A stretch of DNA of 64,000 bases from an uncultured Verrucomicrobiaceae bacterium. GTDB lineage: Bacteria > Pseudomonadota > Gammaproteobacteria > Pseudomonadales > CAMLJR01. Positions 18,320-27,945 of the stretch are shown here, piece after piece (within the stretch, counting starts at the first letter, position 1; every line of letters begins with the position of its first letter). The stretch covers positions 7,945 to 71,944 of the forward strand of contig CAZEVP010000008.1 of assembly GCA_964515735.1 (NCBI GenBank), given 5' to 3'. Under the pieces are notes generated by a model. The model was not told the origin of the DNA, did no database searches, and worked only from the letters and a program-made list of their open reading frames with translations. The position numbers and the translations under genes are program-made.

Positions 18320-19774
18320 ATGCTCAATCGCGCCGCCCCGGTCCTGTTCGTTCAGGGAGTCCTGCTGCTGATCCTCGCCGTGACGATGGCGCCGGCGCTG
18401 TGGCTGATGTACGCCGAGGCCAGCCCGCAGCGCGGCGGCTTCGCGCTCGGCGCGGCGGTCACGCTCGGCGCCGGCCTGCTGCTGACGCTCTCCAGCGGCC
18501 GCCAGCGTTTCAACCTGTCGATCCGCCAGATGTTCGTGCTGACCACGGCGAGCTGGGTGTCGACCTGCCTGTTCGGCGCGATGCCGCTCTACTTCGGCAT
18601 CGAGTCGCTGTCGTTCACCGACGCCGTGTTCGAATCGGTCTCCGGCGTCACCACCACCGGCGCCACCGTGCTCTCCGGCCTCGACACCATGCCGCGCGGC
18701 ATCCTGCTGTGGCGCGCGCTGCTGCACTGGTTCGGCGGCATCGGCATCGTCGTCATCGCCATCGCCATCCTGCCGTTCCTCAGCATCGGCGGCATGCGGC
18801 TGTTCAAGACCGAATCGTCGGACTGGTCGGACAAGGTGGCGCCGCGCGCCGGCTCGGTCGCCAAATCGGTCGGCGTCGTCTACGTGGCGCTGTCGCTGCT
18901 GTGCACCGGCGGCTACCTGCTCGGCGGCATGGGCTGGTTCGACGCCATCACCCACGCGATGAGCACGATCTCGACCGGCGGCTTCGCCAATCACGACCGC
19001 TCGTTCGGCCCGTTCGCCGACCAGCCGCTGATCATGTGGACCGCCATCGTCTTCATGCTGCTCGGCGGCATGCCGTTCACGCTCTACGTCGCGCTGCTGC
19101 GCCACCGCCGCGTCGACCTGTTCCGCGACCAGCAGGTGCGCGGCTTCCTGACCACCGCCGCCGCCGTCTCCGGCCTGCTGTTCATCGTGCTGCTGCTGAG
19201 CAGCGACAGACGCACCGACGAACTGCTGACCCACGTCGTCTTCAACGTGGTTTCGGTGCTGACGACGACCGGCTTCGCCTCGGACGACTACACGCTGTGG
19301 GGGCCGTTCGCCATCGCGATCTTCTTCCTGATCACCTTCATCGGCGGCTGCTCCGGCTCCACCACCGGCGGCATGAAGATTTTCCGGCTGCAGATCGGCA
19401 TGGAAGTGCTGAACCACCAGCTGAAGCAGCTGCTGCACAACAACGGCGTGTTCACGCTGAAATACAACGGCCGCCGCGTCTCCGACGAGCTGATCACGTC
19501 GATCACGGCGTTCTCGTTCTTCTTCCTGATCACGATCGGCGTGCTGACGTTGCTGCTGGCGCTGCTCGGGCTCGACCTGGTCACCGCGCTGACCGGCGCC
19601 GCCACCGCCGTCGCCAACGTCGGCCCCGGCCTCGGCACCGTGATCGGCCCGGCCGGCAATTTCCAGCCACTGCCGGACACCGCGAAATGGCTGCTGTCGA
19701 TCGGCATGCTGCTCGGCCGTCTGGAGATCATGACGGTGCTGGTTCTGTTCACGAAGGCGTTCTGGCGCTGGTGA
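18320..19774 (+). CDS. trkH: Trk-type potassium uptake protein
   Basis: 484 aa, polytopic, with TrkH-like repeated pore motifs (SGVTTTGAT, STISTGGFAN, TTTGFAS, GGCSGSTTGGMK). Confidence 0.9.
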   Translation: MLNRAAPVLFVQGVLLLILAVTMAPALWLMYAEASPQRGGFALGAAVTLGAGLLLTLSSGRQRFNLSIRQMFVLTTASWVSTCLFGAMPLYFGIESLSFTDAVFESVSGVTTTGATVLSGLDTMPRGILLWRALLHWFGGIGIVVIAIAILPFLSIGGMRLFKTESSDWSDKVAPRAGSVAKSVGVVYVALSLLCTGGYLLGGMGWFDAITHAMSTISTGGFANHDRSFGPFADQPLIMWTAIVFMLLGGMPFTLYVALLRHRRVDLFRDQQVRGFLTTAAAVSGLLFIVLLLSSDRRTDELLTHVVFNVVSVLTTTGFASDDYTLWGPFAIAIFFLITFIGGCSGSTTGGMKIFRLQIGMEVLNHQLKQLLHNNGVFTLKYNGRRVSDELITSITAFSFFFLITIGVLTLLLALLGLDLVTALTGAATAVANVGPGLGTVIGPAGNFQPLPDTAKWLLSIGMLLGRLEIMTVLVLFTKAFWRW

Positions 19775-19858
19775 ACGCAACTACCAGCACGACCCTGCCT
19801 GTTGCGGCAGAGCACGACCCGGAAGCCGGGTACGGCCACCCAAAGACGGCTCCGACAA

Positions 19859-20872
19859 TCAGGCCAGACTTCTGACCCTCGGCAGGAAGCGCTTCACCGG
19901 CGGAGACAGGTGTCGCAATAGAACTGCCCTCGTCCGCCCCCACAGCGCGGACAACAGCAGCAACATCGAACCAATCAGAATCCCCGTGACGGCAAAACCC
20001 TCGCTGACCATGCCGTACATCTTGAACAGCTCCGAAAAAGCGTAGATCACATAGATCAATGCCGAGACCATCAGGGCCCGGCGATCGATCGCGATGGATA
20101 TGACGCCGAGAACCAGATAAACGGCAATGATCAGACATGCGCTCAACAGCGAGCTTTCCCCTTGAAAAACCTTCAGCGAAATAAATACCGGATGAACGAT
20201 CAGCGGTGCCGCCATCAGATGCAACCAGAACGCCACGTCTGACTTGCGGGTCTTCCTTTCGACATCCTGAGCATCCCAGTACATCGCGACAAGAAAGGTA
20301 AACACGCCGAAAGCGGCGAGAATGGCCACCCCATATCTGCCCGATCCCGGAACATAGGCGGCCAGCACGACGATCAGGAAAATCAAAAAGCTACCGACCC
20401 CCGCCGCAACCGTGATGGGAACCCTGAACTTCAGCCAGTGCAGCCACGCCGCGACAATTCCGAGAGCCGGCGCTATCAGCACCATCCTTTTCGAGTCGAC
20501 ATCGAGCGCGACAAGAGTCAGTACGGTGCCTCCCATGACGCTGCCGACAAAGGTGAAGAGAAACAGGATGGCAGGCAGGGCCAGCCGTCGTTTCGTCACG
20601 AAAAGGATCGACAACAGCCACGCCAGTGCCGCTGCAACCCAGAGGCCGACAGCCGGCTCGAACTTGCTCCCCAGCCACGCGGCTGAAATCAACAGCAGCA
20701 ATGCCGCTATCGACACGAAGATGTCATTGAAGCCGGAGATGAGCCGAAAGTTCTCTTCATCCACGGTGTTGGTGTTGCCGGACTCCTCCATGAACCGCCT
20801 GAAAGCATCGACGGCCCGCTCCTCAAGAACACCCACCTTTACAGCGGCATACAAATCTTCATCCGTATACAT
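19859..20872 (-). CDS. Polytopic membrane protein, unknown function
   Basis: 337 aa with a soluble N-terminal segment followed by about 9 hydrophobic spans. GC is visibly lower than the surrounding genes. Confidence 0.6.
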   Translation of the reverse strand: MYTDEDLYAAVKVGVLEERAVDAFRRFMEESGNTNTVDEENFRLISGFNDIFVSIAALLLLISAAWLGSKFEPAVGLWVAAALAWLLSILFVTKRRLALPAILFLFTFVGSVMGGTVLTLVALDVDSKRMVLIAPALGIVAAWLHWLKFRVPITVAAGVGSFLIFLIVVLAAYVPGSGRYGVAILAAFGVFTFLVAMYWDAQDVERKTRKSDVAFWLHLMAAPLIVHPVFISLKVFQGESSLLSACLIIAVYLVLGVISIAIDRRALMVSALIYVIYAFSELFKMYGMVSEGFAVTGILIGSMLLLLSALWGRTRAVLLRHLSPPVKRFLPRVRSLA

Positions 20873-20996
20873 CCTGCATCCTCAATATGCCGCGGAGCTT
20901 CCCAAGGAGTTGCCCCGACTGGCGCTCCATCGTTTATCGAGCCGCGCTCGTACCCCAACCAGCCCACCATGGCCAGCGGTCGACTCGACAAACGTC

Positions 20997-21056
20997 TCAA
21001 TCGATCACCACCAGATGGTCCGGCAGCTCGTTCTTCCGAGTGCAACCGTGCGGCAC
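20997..21056 (-). pseudogene. Relic of a TPM-domain gene 3' end (19 codons plus stop)
   Basis: Translates to VPHGCTRKNELPDHLVVID*, versus HVPATDQKNELPNHLVMLD* at the end of the intact gene 21608-22219. DNA identity is about 80% over about 40 nt. Confidence 0.4.
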
Positions 21057-21070
21057 CCCTCTCATCGCGA

Positions 21071-21589
21071 TCAATCGCCGCCCTCCAGGCAATAGCTGAA
21101 ATTGTCGTGCGGGAAATCGCCCTGACTCGGATAGACGATCCAGCGCCGCAATACTCCTTCACGCACGAAACCGCACTTCTCCAGCACCCTCGCCGACGCG
21201 ACGTTATCGATCGCGCACGTCGCCCAGATGCGATGCAGCGCCGGGTTTTGCCGGAGAATCGGCAGGAATTCGCGGAGTGCCGCCGTCGCCACGCCACCAC
21301 CCCAGAACGCCCGGTCGATGACGTAGCCGACCAGCGCCCGATGCCCGTCGATTCTCGCCTTGATGAAACCGACGATGACTCCGGTATCCGGTTGCACGAT
21401 ATGGAAGCAGGGTGCAGAACCATCGCCCAATGCCTGTCGGAGATACTCTTCGGCATCCCCGACCGAACGCTGCGGCCGCGCGGAAAGGTAGGTGAAGTTC
21501 TCCGCACGACATCCCCAGGCGGCAAAAACCCGTTCGGCGTCCGCCATCGACGCCCGCCTGAGCCCGACCGAAACATCCATGCCTGACAC
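21071..21589 (-). CDS. GNAT family N-acetyltransferase
   Basis: 172 aa (..VGYVIDRAFWGGGVATAALREFL.. ASARVLEKCGFVREGVLR). The start is uncertain among three nearby Met codons. Confidence 0.8.
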   Translation of the reverse strand: MSGMDVSVGLRRASMADAERVFAAWGCRAENFTYLSARPQRSVGDAEEYLRQALGDGSAPCFHIVQPDTGVIVGFIKARIDGHRALVGYVIDRAFWGGGVATAALREFLPILRQNPALHRIWATCAIDNVASARVLEKCGFVREGVLRRWIVYPSQGDFPHDNFSYCLEGGD

Positions 21590-21607
21590 TCCCTCTCGCT
21601 CGCAACG

Positions 21608-22219
21608 CTAGTCGAGCATCACCAGATGATTCGGCAGCTCGTTTTTCTGATCTGTGGCCGGCACGTGGCGCTTCAGCAACTCGCCGCAGGCATTGACGCA
21701 GTCGAGAAACCCGCGCAGCGTCTCGCCGCGCTTCACCGCCGCCGTGAACGCATCGACGATCGCCTGCCACTGCTCGTGCGTGACGTGTCGGCTGATGCCG
21801 CGGTCGGCGATGATCTCGACGTAGTGCTCGGCTGCGCTGACGAAGATCAGCACGCCCGACTCGAAGCGGGTGTGGTGCAGGTTCTGTTCGAGGAACTGCC
21901 GCCGCGCCAGATTGCCGGCACGCCACCGGCGCACGCGGCGCGGCACCAGCCGCATCAGCAGCGGCGGCCAGCGCAGCAGCAGCGCGAGCAGCAGGAACAG
22001 CAGCCACTGCAGCGCCATCACCTCCCACATCGCCAGCCAGAACGGCGTCAGCGCCAGCACGCCTGGCGTCAGCAGCGCCACCGCCGCCGCCCACAGCAGC
22101 GAGATCGGCCGGTAATCGTCGGCGCGGCGCGCCAGCACGGTGACCAGCTCCGCGTCGGTCTCGCGCTCGACCGCGGCAATGGCGTCGGCGACCTGTCGCC
22201 GTTGTTCGTCTGTCAGCAT
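21608..22219 (-). CDS. TPM domain-containing membrane protein (third gene of LemA-type clusters)
   Basis: 203 aa from the internal ATG (MLTDEQRRQVADAIAAVERETDAELVTVL..), with two transmembrane spans and ..GVLIFVSAAEHYVEIIADRGI... Confidence 0.75.
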   Translation of the reverse strand: MLTDEQRRQVADAIAAVERETDAELVTVLARRADDYRPISLLWAAAVALLTPGVLALTPFWLAMWEVMALQWLLFLLLALLLRWPPLLMRLVPRRVRRWRAGNLARRQFLEQNLHHTRFESGVLIFVSAAEHYVEIIADRGISRHVTHEQWQAIVDAFTAAVKRGETLRGFLDCVNACGELLKRHVPATDQKNELPNHLVMLD

Positions 22220-22369
22220 CGTTTCACCACCGGCAACTCCTCCCTCCACGCGCCGCCCCGTGCCGGCGCCCCGATCCACCGCCCGTCGCCTGCCGCATTG
22301 ACAGACGGGGCAACCTCCCCTTTAATACGCGAGAACGTCGTTCTCAAACTTCTCAAGGGTTCAGAACCA

Positions 22370-23170
22370 ATGGAAACCGTATTTGCCACCCTGCTGGAAC
22401 ACTACCAGTGGCATCTCTCTCTGATCACCGGCCTCGGAATCGTCGCCACGATCCTGATCGGCAAGCAATTGCTGCTGCTGATCCCCGCGATCAAGCAGGC
22501 GCAGCAGCTGAACAAGGAGGCGGCCGACAAGAAGATGCAGCGCAAGGTCTACTCGGACAACCAGAAGTGGAACCGCAAGTGGGCCGGCCTCTATCTGGTC
22601 GTGATCTTCGGCCTGATCCTGCCGTTCTGCCTGACCACCGAGTCGCAGCCGTGGTGGATGTACCCGCTCGACATCTTCGTCATCCTGATGGTGTACGACT
22701 TCTTCTATTACCTGACCCACCGCTTCCTGTTCCACGAAAGCAACGGCGTCAAAGGGCCGCTGATGTGGATGCACGCCGTTCACCACCAGCAGAACAACCC
22801 GTGCCGGATGGACTCCAGCTACATCCATCCGCTGGAAGTGGCGATCGGCCTCGGTCTCTACGTGGCGACGATCTTCGGACTCTCGTTCGTGATGGGCAAT
22901 TTCCATGTGCTGACCATCATCATCACCTGGGTCGCCTTCTCGGAGATCAACCTGCACAACCACGACCGCTGGGAAAGTGACAAGACGCCGTTCAAGTACC
23001 TGAACTACATGTCGGTGATGCACCACAACCACCACGTGCGCTTCACCGGCGGCAACTTCGCCACCATCACCCTGCTGTTCGACTGGCTGTTCGGCACCTA
23101 CGACACCGGCAATGGATTCGGCATCAACAAGCGCGAGCCCAAACCCGTGGCGCAGCAAGCCGAGTCATAA
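22370..23170 (+). CDS. Fatty acid hydroxylase / sterol desaturase family protein
   Basis: 266 aa from the ATG at 22370. His boxes are present (HRFLFHE, HAVHHQQ, HHNHH). Confidence 0.85.
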   Translation: METVFATLLEHYQWHLSLITGLGIVATILIGKQLLLLIPAIKQAQQLNKEAADKKMQRKVYSDNQKWNRKWAGLYLVVIFGLILPFCLTTESQPWWMYPLDIFVILMVYDFFYYLTHRFLFHESNGVKGPLMWMHAVHHQQNNPCRMDSSYIHPLEVAIGLGLYVATIFGLSFVMGNFHVLTIIITWVAFSEINLHNHDRWESDKTPFKYLNYMSVMHHNHHVRFTGGNFATITLLFDWLFGTYDTGNGFGINKREPKPVAQQAES

Positions 23171-23191
23171 GGAACGCTGCTCCAGCTCCAC

Positions 23192-23224
23192 GAAAGCGCC
23201 GACCTGTCGGCGCTTTCTGTTTTT
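23192..23224 (+). terminator. Rho-independent terminator after the hydroxylase gene
   Basis: An 11-bp perfect stem (GAAAGCGCCGA / TCGGCGCTTTC at 23192-23202 and 23207-23217), a 4-nt loop, then TGTTTTT. Confidence 0.6.
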
Positions 23225-23274
23225 CGGCACACTGTTTTTCGGCCCCTGTTTTTGCGGCATCAACGGCCGACCGG

Positions 23275-24021
23275 CTACCACCCGCCCGACGCACCGCCGC
23301 CGCCGAAACTGCCACCGCCACCACTGAACCCACCGCCGCCAAACCCACCGCCACCCCCGAAACCGCCACCGCCCGAGCTGCCACCCCAACCACCGGCATG
23401 GGGCGCGCCCCAGTCGCCGCGCCGGCCGGTGGAACCGCCGCCGAACATGCCACCGCCCCAGAACCAGAGCACGACCAGCAGGAAGAGCCAGAACAGGACG
23501 CCTCTCTCCTCCCCGTCGCCGCTCTTGGCGACGGGCTCGTATTCGCCCTGCAGCGCCGCCTCGATGGCAGCAACGCCGGCGTTGATGCCATCGGCGAACT
23601 GGCCGAGCCGGAAACGCGGCACGATCTCGCCGTGGATGATGCTGGCGGCGATGGCGTCGGTCAGTGCCCCTTCGAGGCCGTAGCCGACCTCGATACGCAC
23701 CTGACGCTCGCTCTGGGCGACGATCAGCAACACGCCGTTGTCCTTGCCCTGCTGGCCGATGCCCCAGTGGCGCCCGAGCTGGTAGCCGAACTCCTCGATC
23801 GTGTAGCCCTGCAGGTCCGGCAGCGTGACGACGACGAGCTGGATGCCGCTGGCCTGCTCGAAACGGGCCAGCTCGGCCTCGAGCGTGCCCGCACCGCTAC
23901 CGAGCAGGCCGGCCCGGTCGACGACGCGGCCGCTCAGCGCCGGAAACTGCGGCGCCGCCAGCGCGACGCCAGCCAGCAGCAGCCACAGCAGTGCGAACCC
24001 GCGCGCGACGATCCGGCTCAT
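23275..24021 (-). CDS. TPM domain-containing protein (YgcG-like) with a Gly-rich C-terminal tail
   Basis: 248 aa with a signal peptide, a TPM core (..GIQLVVVTLPDL.. NGVLLIVAQSERQVRIEVGYGLEG), a transmembrane span, and a GGGGFGGGG tail. Confidence 0.85.
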   Translation of the reverse strand: MSRIVARGFALLWLLLAGVALAAPQFPALSGRVVDRAGLLGSGAGTLEAELARFEQASGIQLVVVTLPDLQGYTIEEFGYQLGRHWGIGQQGKDNGVLLIVAQSERQVRIEVGYGLEGALTDAIAASIIHGEIVPRFRLGQFADGINAGVAAIEAALQGEYEPVAKSGDGEERGVLFWLFLLVVLWFWGGGMFGGGSTGRRGDWGAPHAGGWGGSSGGGGFGGGGGFGGGGFSGGGGSFGGGGASGGW

Positions 24022-24033
24022 TCAGCGCCGACC

Positions 24034-24654
24034 TCACTCGAAGTTGACGGTGGGCGCCTGCTGCGCGTTCTCGGTGGTCGCCTTGAAGCCCTCGCGCACC
24101 GGCAGGTCGCTGTAGAGCACCATGTGCCAGAGGCGGCCGGGGAAGGTGCGGATCTCGGTGTTGTAGGCCTGCACCGCGGCGATGTAGTCGCGCCGCGCCA
24201 CCGCGATGCGGTTCTCGGTGCCTTCGAGCTGCGACTGCAGCGCCAGGAAGTTCTGGTTCGACTTCAGCTCGGGGTAGCGCTCGACGACGACCATCAGCCG
24301 GTTCAGCGCGCTGGTCAGCTGCCCCTGCGCCTGCTCGAACTGCTGCAGCTTCTGCGGATCGTCGATGACGCTCTGGTCGACCTGCATCGAGCCGACCTTG
24401 GCGCGCGCCTCGGTGACGGCGACCAGCACCTCGCGCTCCTGCTCGGCGAACCCCTTCACCGTCGCCACCAGGTTCGGCACCAGGTCGGCGCGGCGCTGGT
24501 ACTGGTTCTCGACCTGGCTCCAGGCCGCTTTCACCTGTTCGTCGAAGGTCGGGATGTTGTTGATGCCGCAGCCGGTCAGCAGCGGCAGCCACAGCAGCAG
24601 CGCCAGCCACCAGACCGGGCTTCTGCCGGCCGAACCATTGCCGTTGAGTCGCAT
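24034..24654 (-). CDS. lemA: LemA family protein (lipoprotein signal LLTGC)
   Basis: 206 aa (..AWSQVENQYQRRADLVPNLVATVKGFAEQEREVL.. RYPELKSNQNFLALQ..). Confidence 0.9.
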   Translation of the reverse strand: MRLNGNGSAGRSPVWWLALLLWLPLLTGCGINNIPTFDEQVKAAWSQVENQYQRRADLVPNLVATVKGFAEQEREVLVAVTEARAKVGSMQVDQSVIDDPQKLQQFEQAQGQLTSALNRLMVVVERYPELKSNQNFLALQSQLEGTENRIAVARRDYIAAVQAYNTEIRTFPGRLWHMVLYSDLPVREGFKATTENAQQAPTVNFE

Positions 24655-24878
24655 GTGATCTCTCCTCGATCAGTGATAGTGGTGTTCGCGGCAGCGCATC
24701 GCCGCGGTGGCAATGCCGCTGTCACGGCGGCGACGTCGTGATGGACATGTGACGGACGTTGTAACGGAAATGTGGCCGCGTATCCATCGACCCCGTCATC
24801 GGTGCGCGCCGAACTTGCTTCGCTCACGCCCGGCACTTTAACGTGCGGTGCTCGATCGCGCTGTGGGAGAGAGACGCG

Positions 24879-27800
24879 ATGGCAATGAGACCGCCCCTGA
24901 AGCGGGCCGTCATCTGGCTGCTGGCGCTGCTGGTCGCCTGGCCGGCGCTGGTGGTGCTGGTGGCGACGCCGGCGCTCGAAGCGCTGCTGCCGAAGATCTA
25001 CCGCGAACAGACCGGCCGCGAGCTGCAGCTCGGCGACGTGGTGCTGAACCCGTTCACGCTGAGCGCGACGCTGCGCCATGCCAGCAGCCGCGACCCCGAC
25101 GGCAAACCGTTCTGGTCGCTGCGCGAGCTGGTGGTCGACGTCGGCATCGCCTCGCTGTGGCGCCGCGCGCTGGTGCTGGAACAGCTGCGGCTCGACGGCG
25201 TCGAGCTGCGCGTCGAACAGCTCGCCGCCGACCGCTACAACTTCAGCGACATCCTCGATTACCGCGCCCGCCACTTCCCACCGGGCGAACCGGACACCGG
25301 TCCGCTGCCGGCGCTGGAGCTGCGCCGCCTCGAACTCGGCATCGCCCGCCTCGACGCGCGGCTGCCGTTCATCGCCGAGCCGCTGACGGCGGCGCTGACC
25401 GACCTGCAGCTGAATGCCGACGACCTCACCACCCGCCCCGACGGTTACGCCCCCGGCGCCACCGAAAACGCTGCCGACCTGCCGCCGCTCGGCAGCGGCC
25501 CGCTGCATCTCGCGTTCGCGCGGCTGGCGCTGCAGTCGCTGCGCGCCGAGGAGCCGTGGGACGCAACCGTGGACCCGTTCAGGCTCGGCTTCGAGCGGCT
25601 GACGACGGTCGCCGAGGAGGGCCAGCCGCACGAGATCGAGGCACGACTCGCCGACGGCGGCAGCCTGCGCTGGCGCGGCGAGCTGTCGCTGGCGGCGCAC
25701 CGCAGCCGCGGCGAAATCGCGCTCGACGGCCTCAACCTGCGGCCGCTCTGGCGCTACCTGCAGCCGCAGCTGAACTTCCAGGCCGATACCAAACGCAACC
25801 GGCTCGACCTCAGCGCGCACTACCGGCTCGACTGGCGCGACGGCCTGCGCTGGGCCATCGACAAAGGCGCGCTGGCACTGCACGACACCGACCTGCGGGC
25901 TCGCGGCGACGACGGCACCGCGCTGCAGCTGAAACGGCTCGGCGTCGACGGCATCAGCGCTGACGGCACAACCCGGCAGGTGGCGATCGCGCGGGTACGG
26001 CTGGACGGGCTGGCGCTGCGCAGCTGGAACCGCGACACCGAGGTCGGCCTGCTGGCGATGCTGCAGCCGCGCCGGCCAGGCGATGCGCCGCCGGACGCCA
26101 GCGCTGACGACACAAACGGCGACGAATCGCCGTGGCAGCTGGCCATCGCCGAGATCGCCACCGACGACGCCCGCATCCGCTGGCACGCCAGCCAGCTCGA
26201 CGTCGAGCAGCTCGACATCCAGCCGCTGAAGCTGCAGGTGCAGCAGCTGCGCTGGCCGTCGACCGGCGCCGCGCAACTGGCGCTACAGGCCCGCGTCAAC
26301 GACACGCTGCAGCTCGCCGTCGACGGCGAACTCGACCCCGGCGCGCTCGACGGCAAGCTGCAGGGCAGCGTCGACGGCCTGCCGCTGACCTGGGGCAACA
26401 CGCTGCTCGGCCAGCAGCTGAAGCTGACGATCGCCTCCGGCACGCTGGCGACGCAGTGGCAGCTGGAGCTGGCCGACGGCGCGCCGACCCGGCTGCGGGC
26501 CGACGGTGCGATCGGCGACTTCGAGTTGCTGCGCGCCGGCAACAAGCGCCGTTTCGCGGCGTGGCGGCAGATGAGCTGGCGCGACCTCGATTTCAACCTC
26601 GAACAGCAGCGGCTGACGCTGGCCGAGGTCGGCCTGAAACAACCGTTCCTGCAGTTCCGCCTCTACGAGGACGGCAGCACCAGCTTCCGCGACCTGACCG
26701 TCGCCGACGACGGCGCCGAAACGGCAGACACCGAAACCAAAAGCACCGAGGCCGCACCGGCAAAACCGGGGGACGACGCGAAGCCGTTGCAGGTCGCGGT
26801 CACCGCCGTCCGCATCGAGGGCGGCACGCTCGACTTCCGCGACGACACGCTGCCGCGCCCGTTCCGCGCCCGCATCGGCGAGCTCGGCGGCGACATCCTC
26901 GAACTCTCCAGCGAGCGTGGCCGCTACGCCAGCGTCGACCTGACCGGCAGCGTCGACGGCTACGCGCCGGTGACGCTGGCCGGCCGCGTCGCGCCGCTGG
27001 CCGAGAAGCCGGCGCTCGATCTGACGCTCGACTTCGCCAACCTCGACCTCGCCAACTTCACGCCGTACAGCAGCACCTATGCCGGCTACGTCATCGACCA
27101 CGGCCAGCTCAGCGTGCAGCTCGCCTACACGCTGGAGAACAACCGCATCGAGGGGCGCAACCGCATCGTCGTCGACCAGCTGCAGCTCGGCGAACGGGTC
27201 GACAGCCCGAAGGCGCTGGAGCTGCCACTGCGGCTGGCGATCGCGCTGCTGACCGACAGCAACGGTGTGATGGACCTCGGTGTCGACATCAGCGGCGATA
27301 TCGACGACCCGCAGTTCGATCTGGGGGGCATCGTCTGGAAAGCGTTCCGCAACCTGATCGTCAAGGCGACCACGGCGCCGTTCCGGGTGCTGGCCAACCT
27401 GGTCGGCTCGAAGCAGAAGCTCGACTTCATCACCTTCGCCCCCGGCAGCGACACGCTGAACGACACCGCGCGCGAGAAGCTGTCGGCGCTGCGCGACGCG
27501 CTGAACCAGCGGCCGGAGCTGCGGCTGATGGTCAGCGGCCAGACCGAGGACACCAGCGACGAGCCGGCCCTGCGCGAACGCGAGCGCGACCAGCAGCTCG
27601 TGGAAGCGGGCCTGTCGGAGGAGGCGCTGGCCGAGCGCGGCCGGGCCTGGCGCCGGGCCGCCGAGAAGCTCCACGAACAGCTGCTGCCCGACGCCGATCC
27701 CGACGACCTCGACGACGCACAGCTGGCCGACGCACTGCGCGATGCCGTGCCACTGCGCCCGACCGCACTGCGCGGGCTGGCCGGCCGTCGCGCCACCGCG

Positions 27801-27917
27801 GTCAAGCGGACGCTGGTGACCGAACTGGGTCTCGGTGCCGAGCGCGTCTTCATCGACAGCGGCAAACGCCAGACGGTGCAGCAGGCGCGCGCGACGCTGG
27901 CGGTCGACGCGATGTAG
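24879..27917 (+). CDS. DUF748 domain-containing protein (AsmA-like large envelope protein)
   Basis: About 1012 aa from the internal ATG (MAMRPPLKRAVIWLLALLVAW..). The sequence is repetitive and beta-rich. The C-terminal segment (..FAPGSDTLNDTAREKLSALRDAL..RPELRLMVSG) is typical of DUF748 proteins. Confidence 0.8.
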   Translation: MAMRPPLKRAVIWLLALLVAWPALVVLVATPALEALLPKIYREQTGRELQLGDVVLNPFTLSATLRHASSRDPDGKPFWSLRELVVDVGIASLWRRALVLEQLRLDGVELRVEQLAADRYNFSDILDYRARHFPPGEPDTGPLPALELRRLELGIARLDARLPFIAEPLTAALTDLQLNADDLTTRPDGYAPGATENAADLPPLGSGPLHLAFARLALQSLRAEEPWDATVDPFRLGFERLTTVAEEGQPHEIEARLADGGSLRWRGELSLAAHRSRGEIALDGLNLRPLWRYLQPQLNFQADTKRNRLDLSAHYRLDWRDGLRWAIDKGALALHDTDLRARGDDGTALQLKRLGVDGISADGTTRQVAIARVRLDGLALRSWNRDTEVGLLAMLQPRRPGDAPPDASADDTNGDESPWQLAIAEIATDDARIRWHASQLDVEQLDIQPLKLQVQQLRWPSTGAAQLALQARVNDTLQLAVDGELDPGALDGKLQGSVDGLPLTWGNTLLGQQLKLTIASGTLATQWQLELADGAPTRLRADGAIGDFELLRAGNKRRFAAWRQMSWRDLDFNLEQQRLTLAEVGLKQPFLQFRLYEDGSTSFRDLTVADDGAETADTETKSTEAAPAKPGDDAKPLQVAVTAVRIEGGTLDFRDDTLPRPFRARIGELGGDILELSSERGRYASVDLTGSVDGYAPVTLAGRVAPLAEKPALDLTLDFANLDLANFTPYSSTYAGYVIDHGQLSVQLAYTLENNRIEGRNRIVVDQLQLGERVDSPKALELPLRLAIALLTDSNGVMDLGVDISGDIDDPQFDLGGIVWKAFRNLIVKATTAPFRVLANLVGSKQKLDFITFAPGSDTLNDTAREKLSALRDALNQRPELRLMVSGQTEDTSDEPALRERERDQQLVEAGLSEEALAERGRAWRRAAEKLHEQLLPDADPDDLDDAQLADALRDAVPLRPTALRGLAGRRATAVKRTLVTELGLGAERVFIDSGKRQTVQQARATLAVDAM

Positions 27918-27945
27918 CACGGCTCCACTGCGTCGTTCGCTGCCG

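Noticed and set aside
23275-23400. A highly repetitive CCACCGCC/GCCACC tract that looks like a microsatellite.
   Set aside because: It is the reverse complement of the coding sequence for the Gly-rich C-terminal tail (GGGGFGGGGGFGGGGFSGGGGSFGGGG) of the TPM/YgcG-like protein, a common feature of that family.
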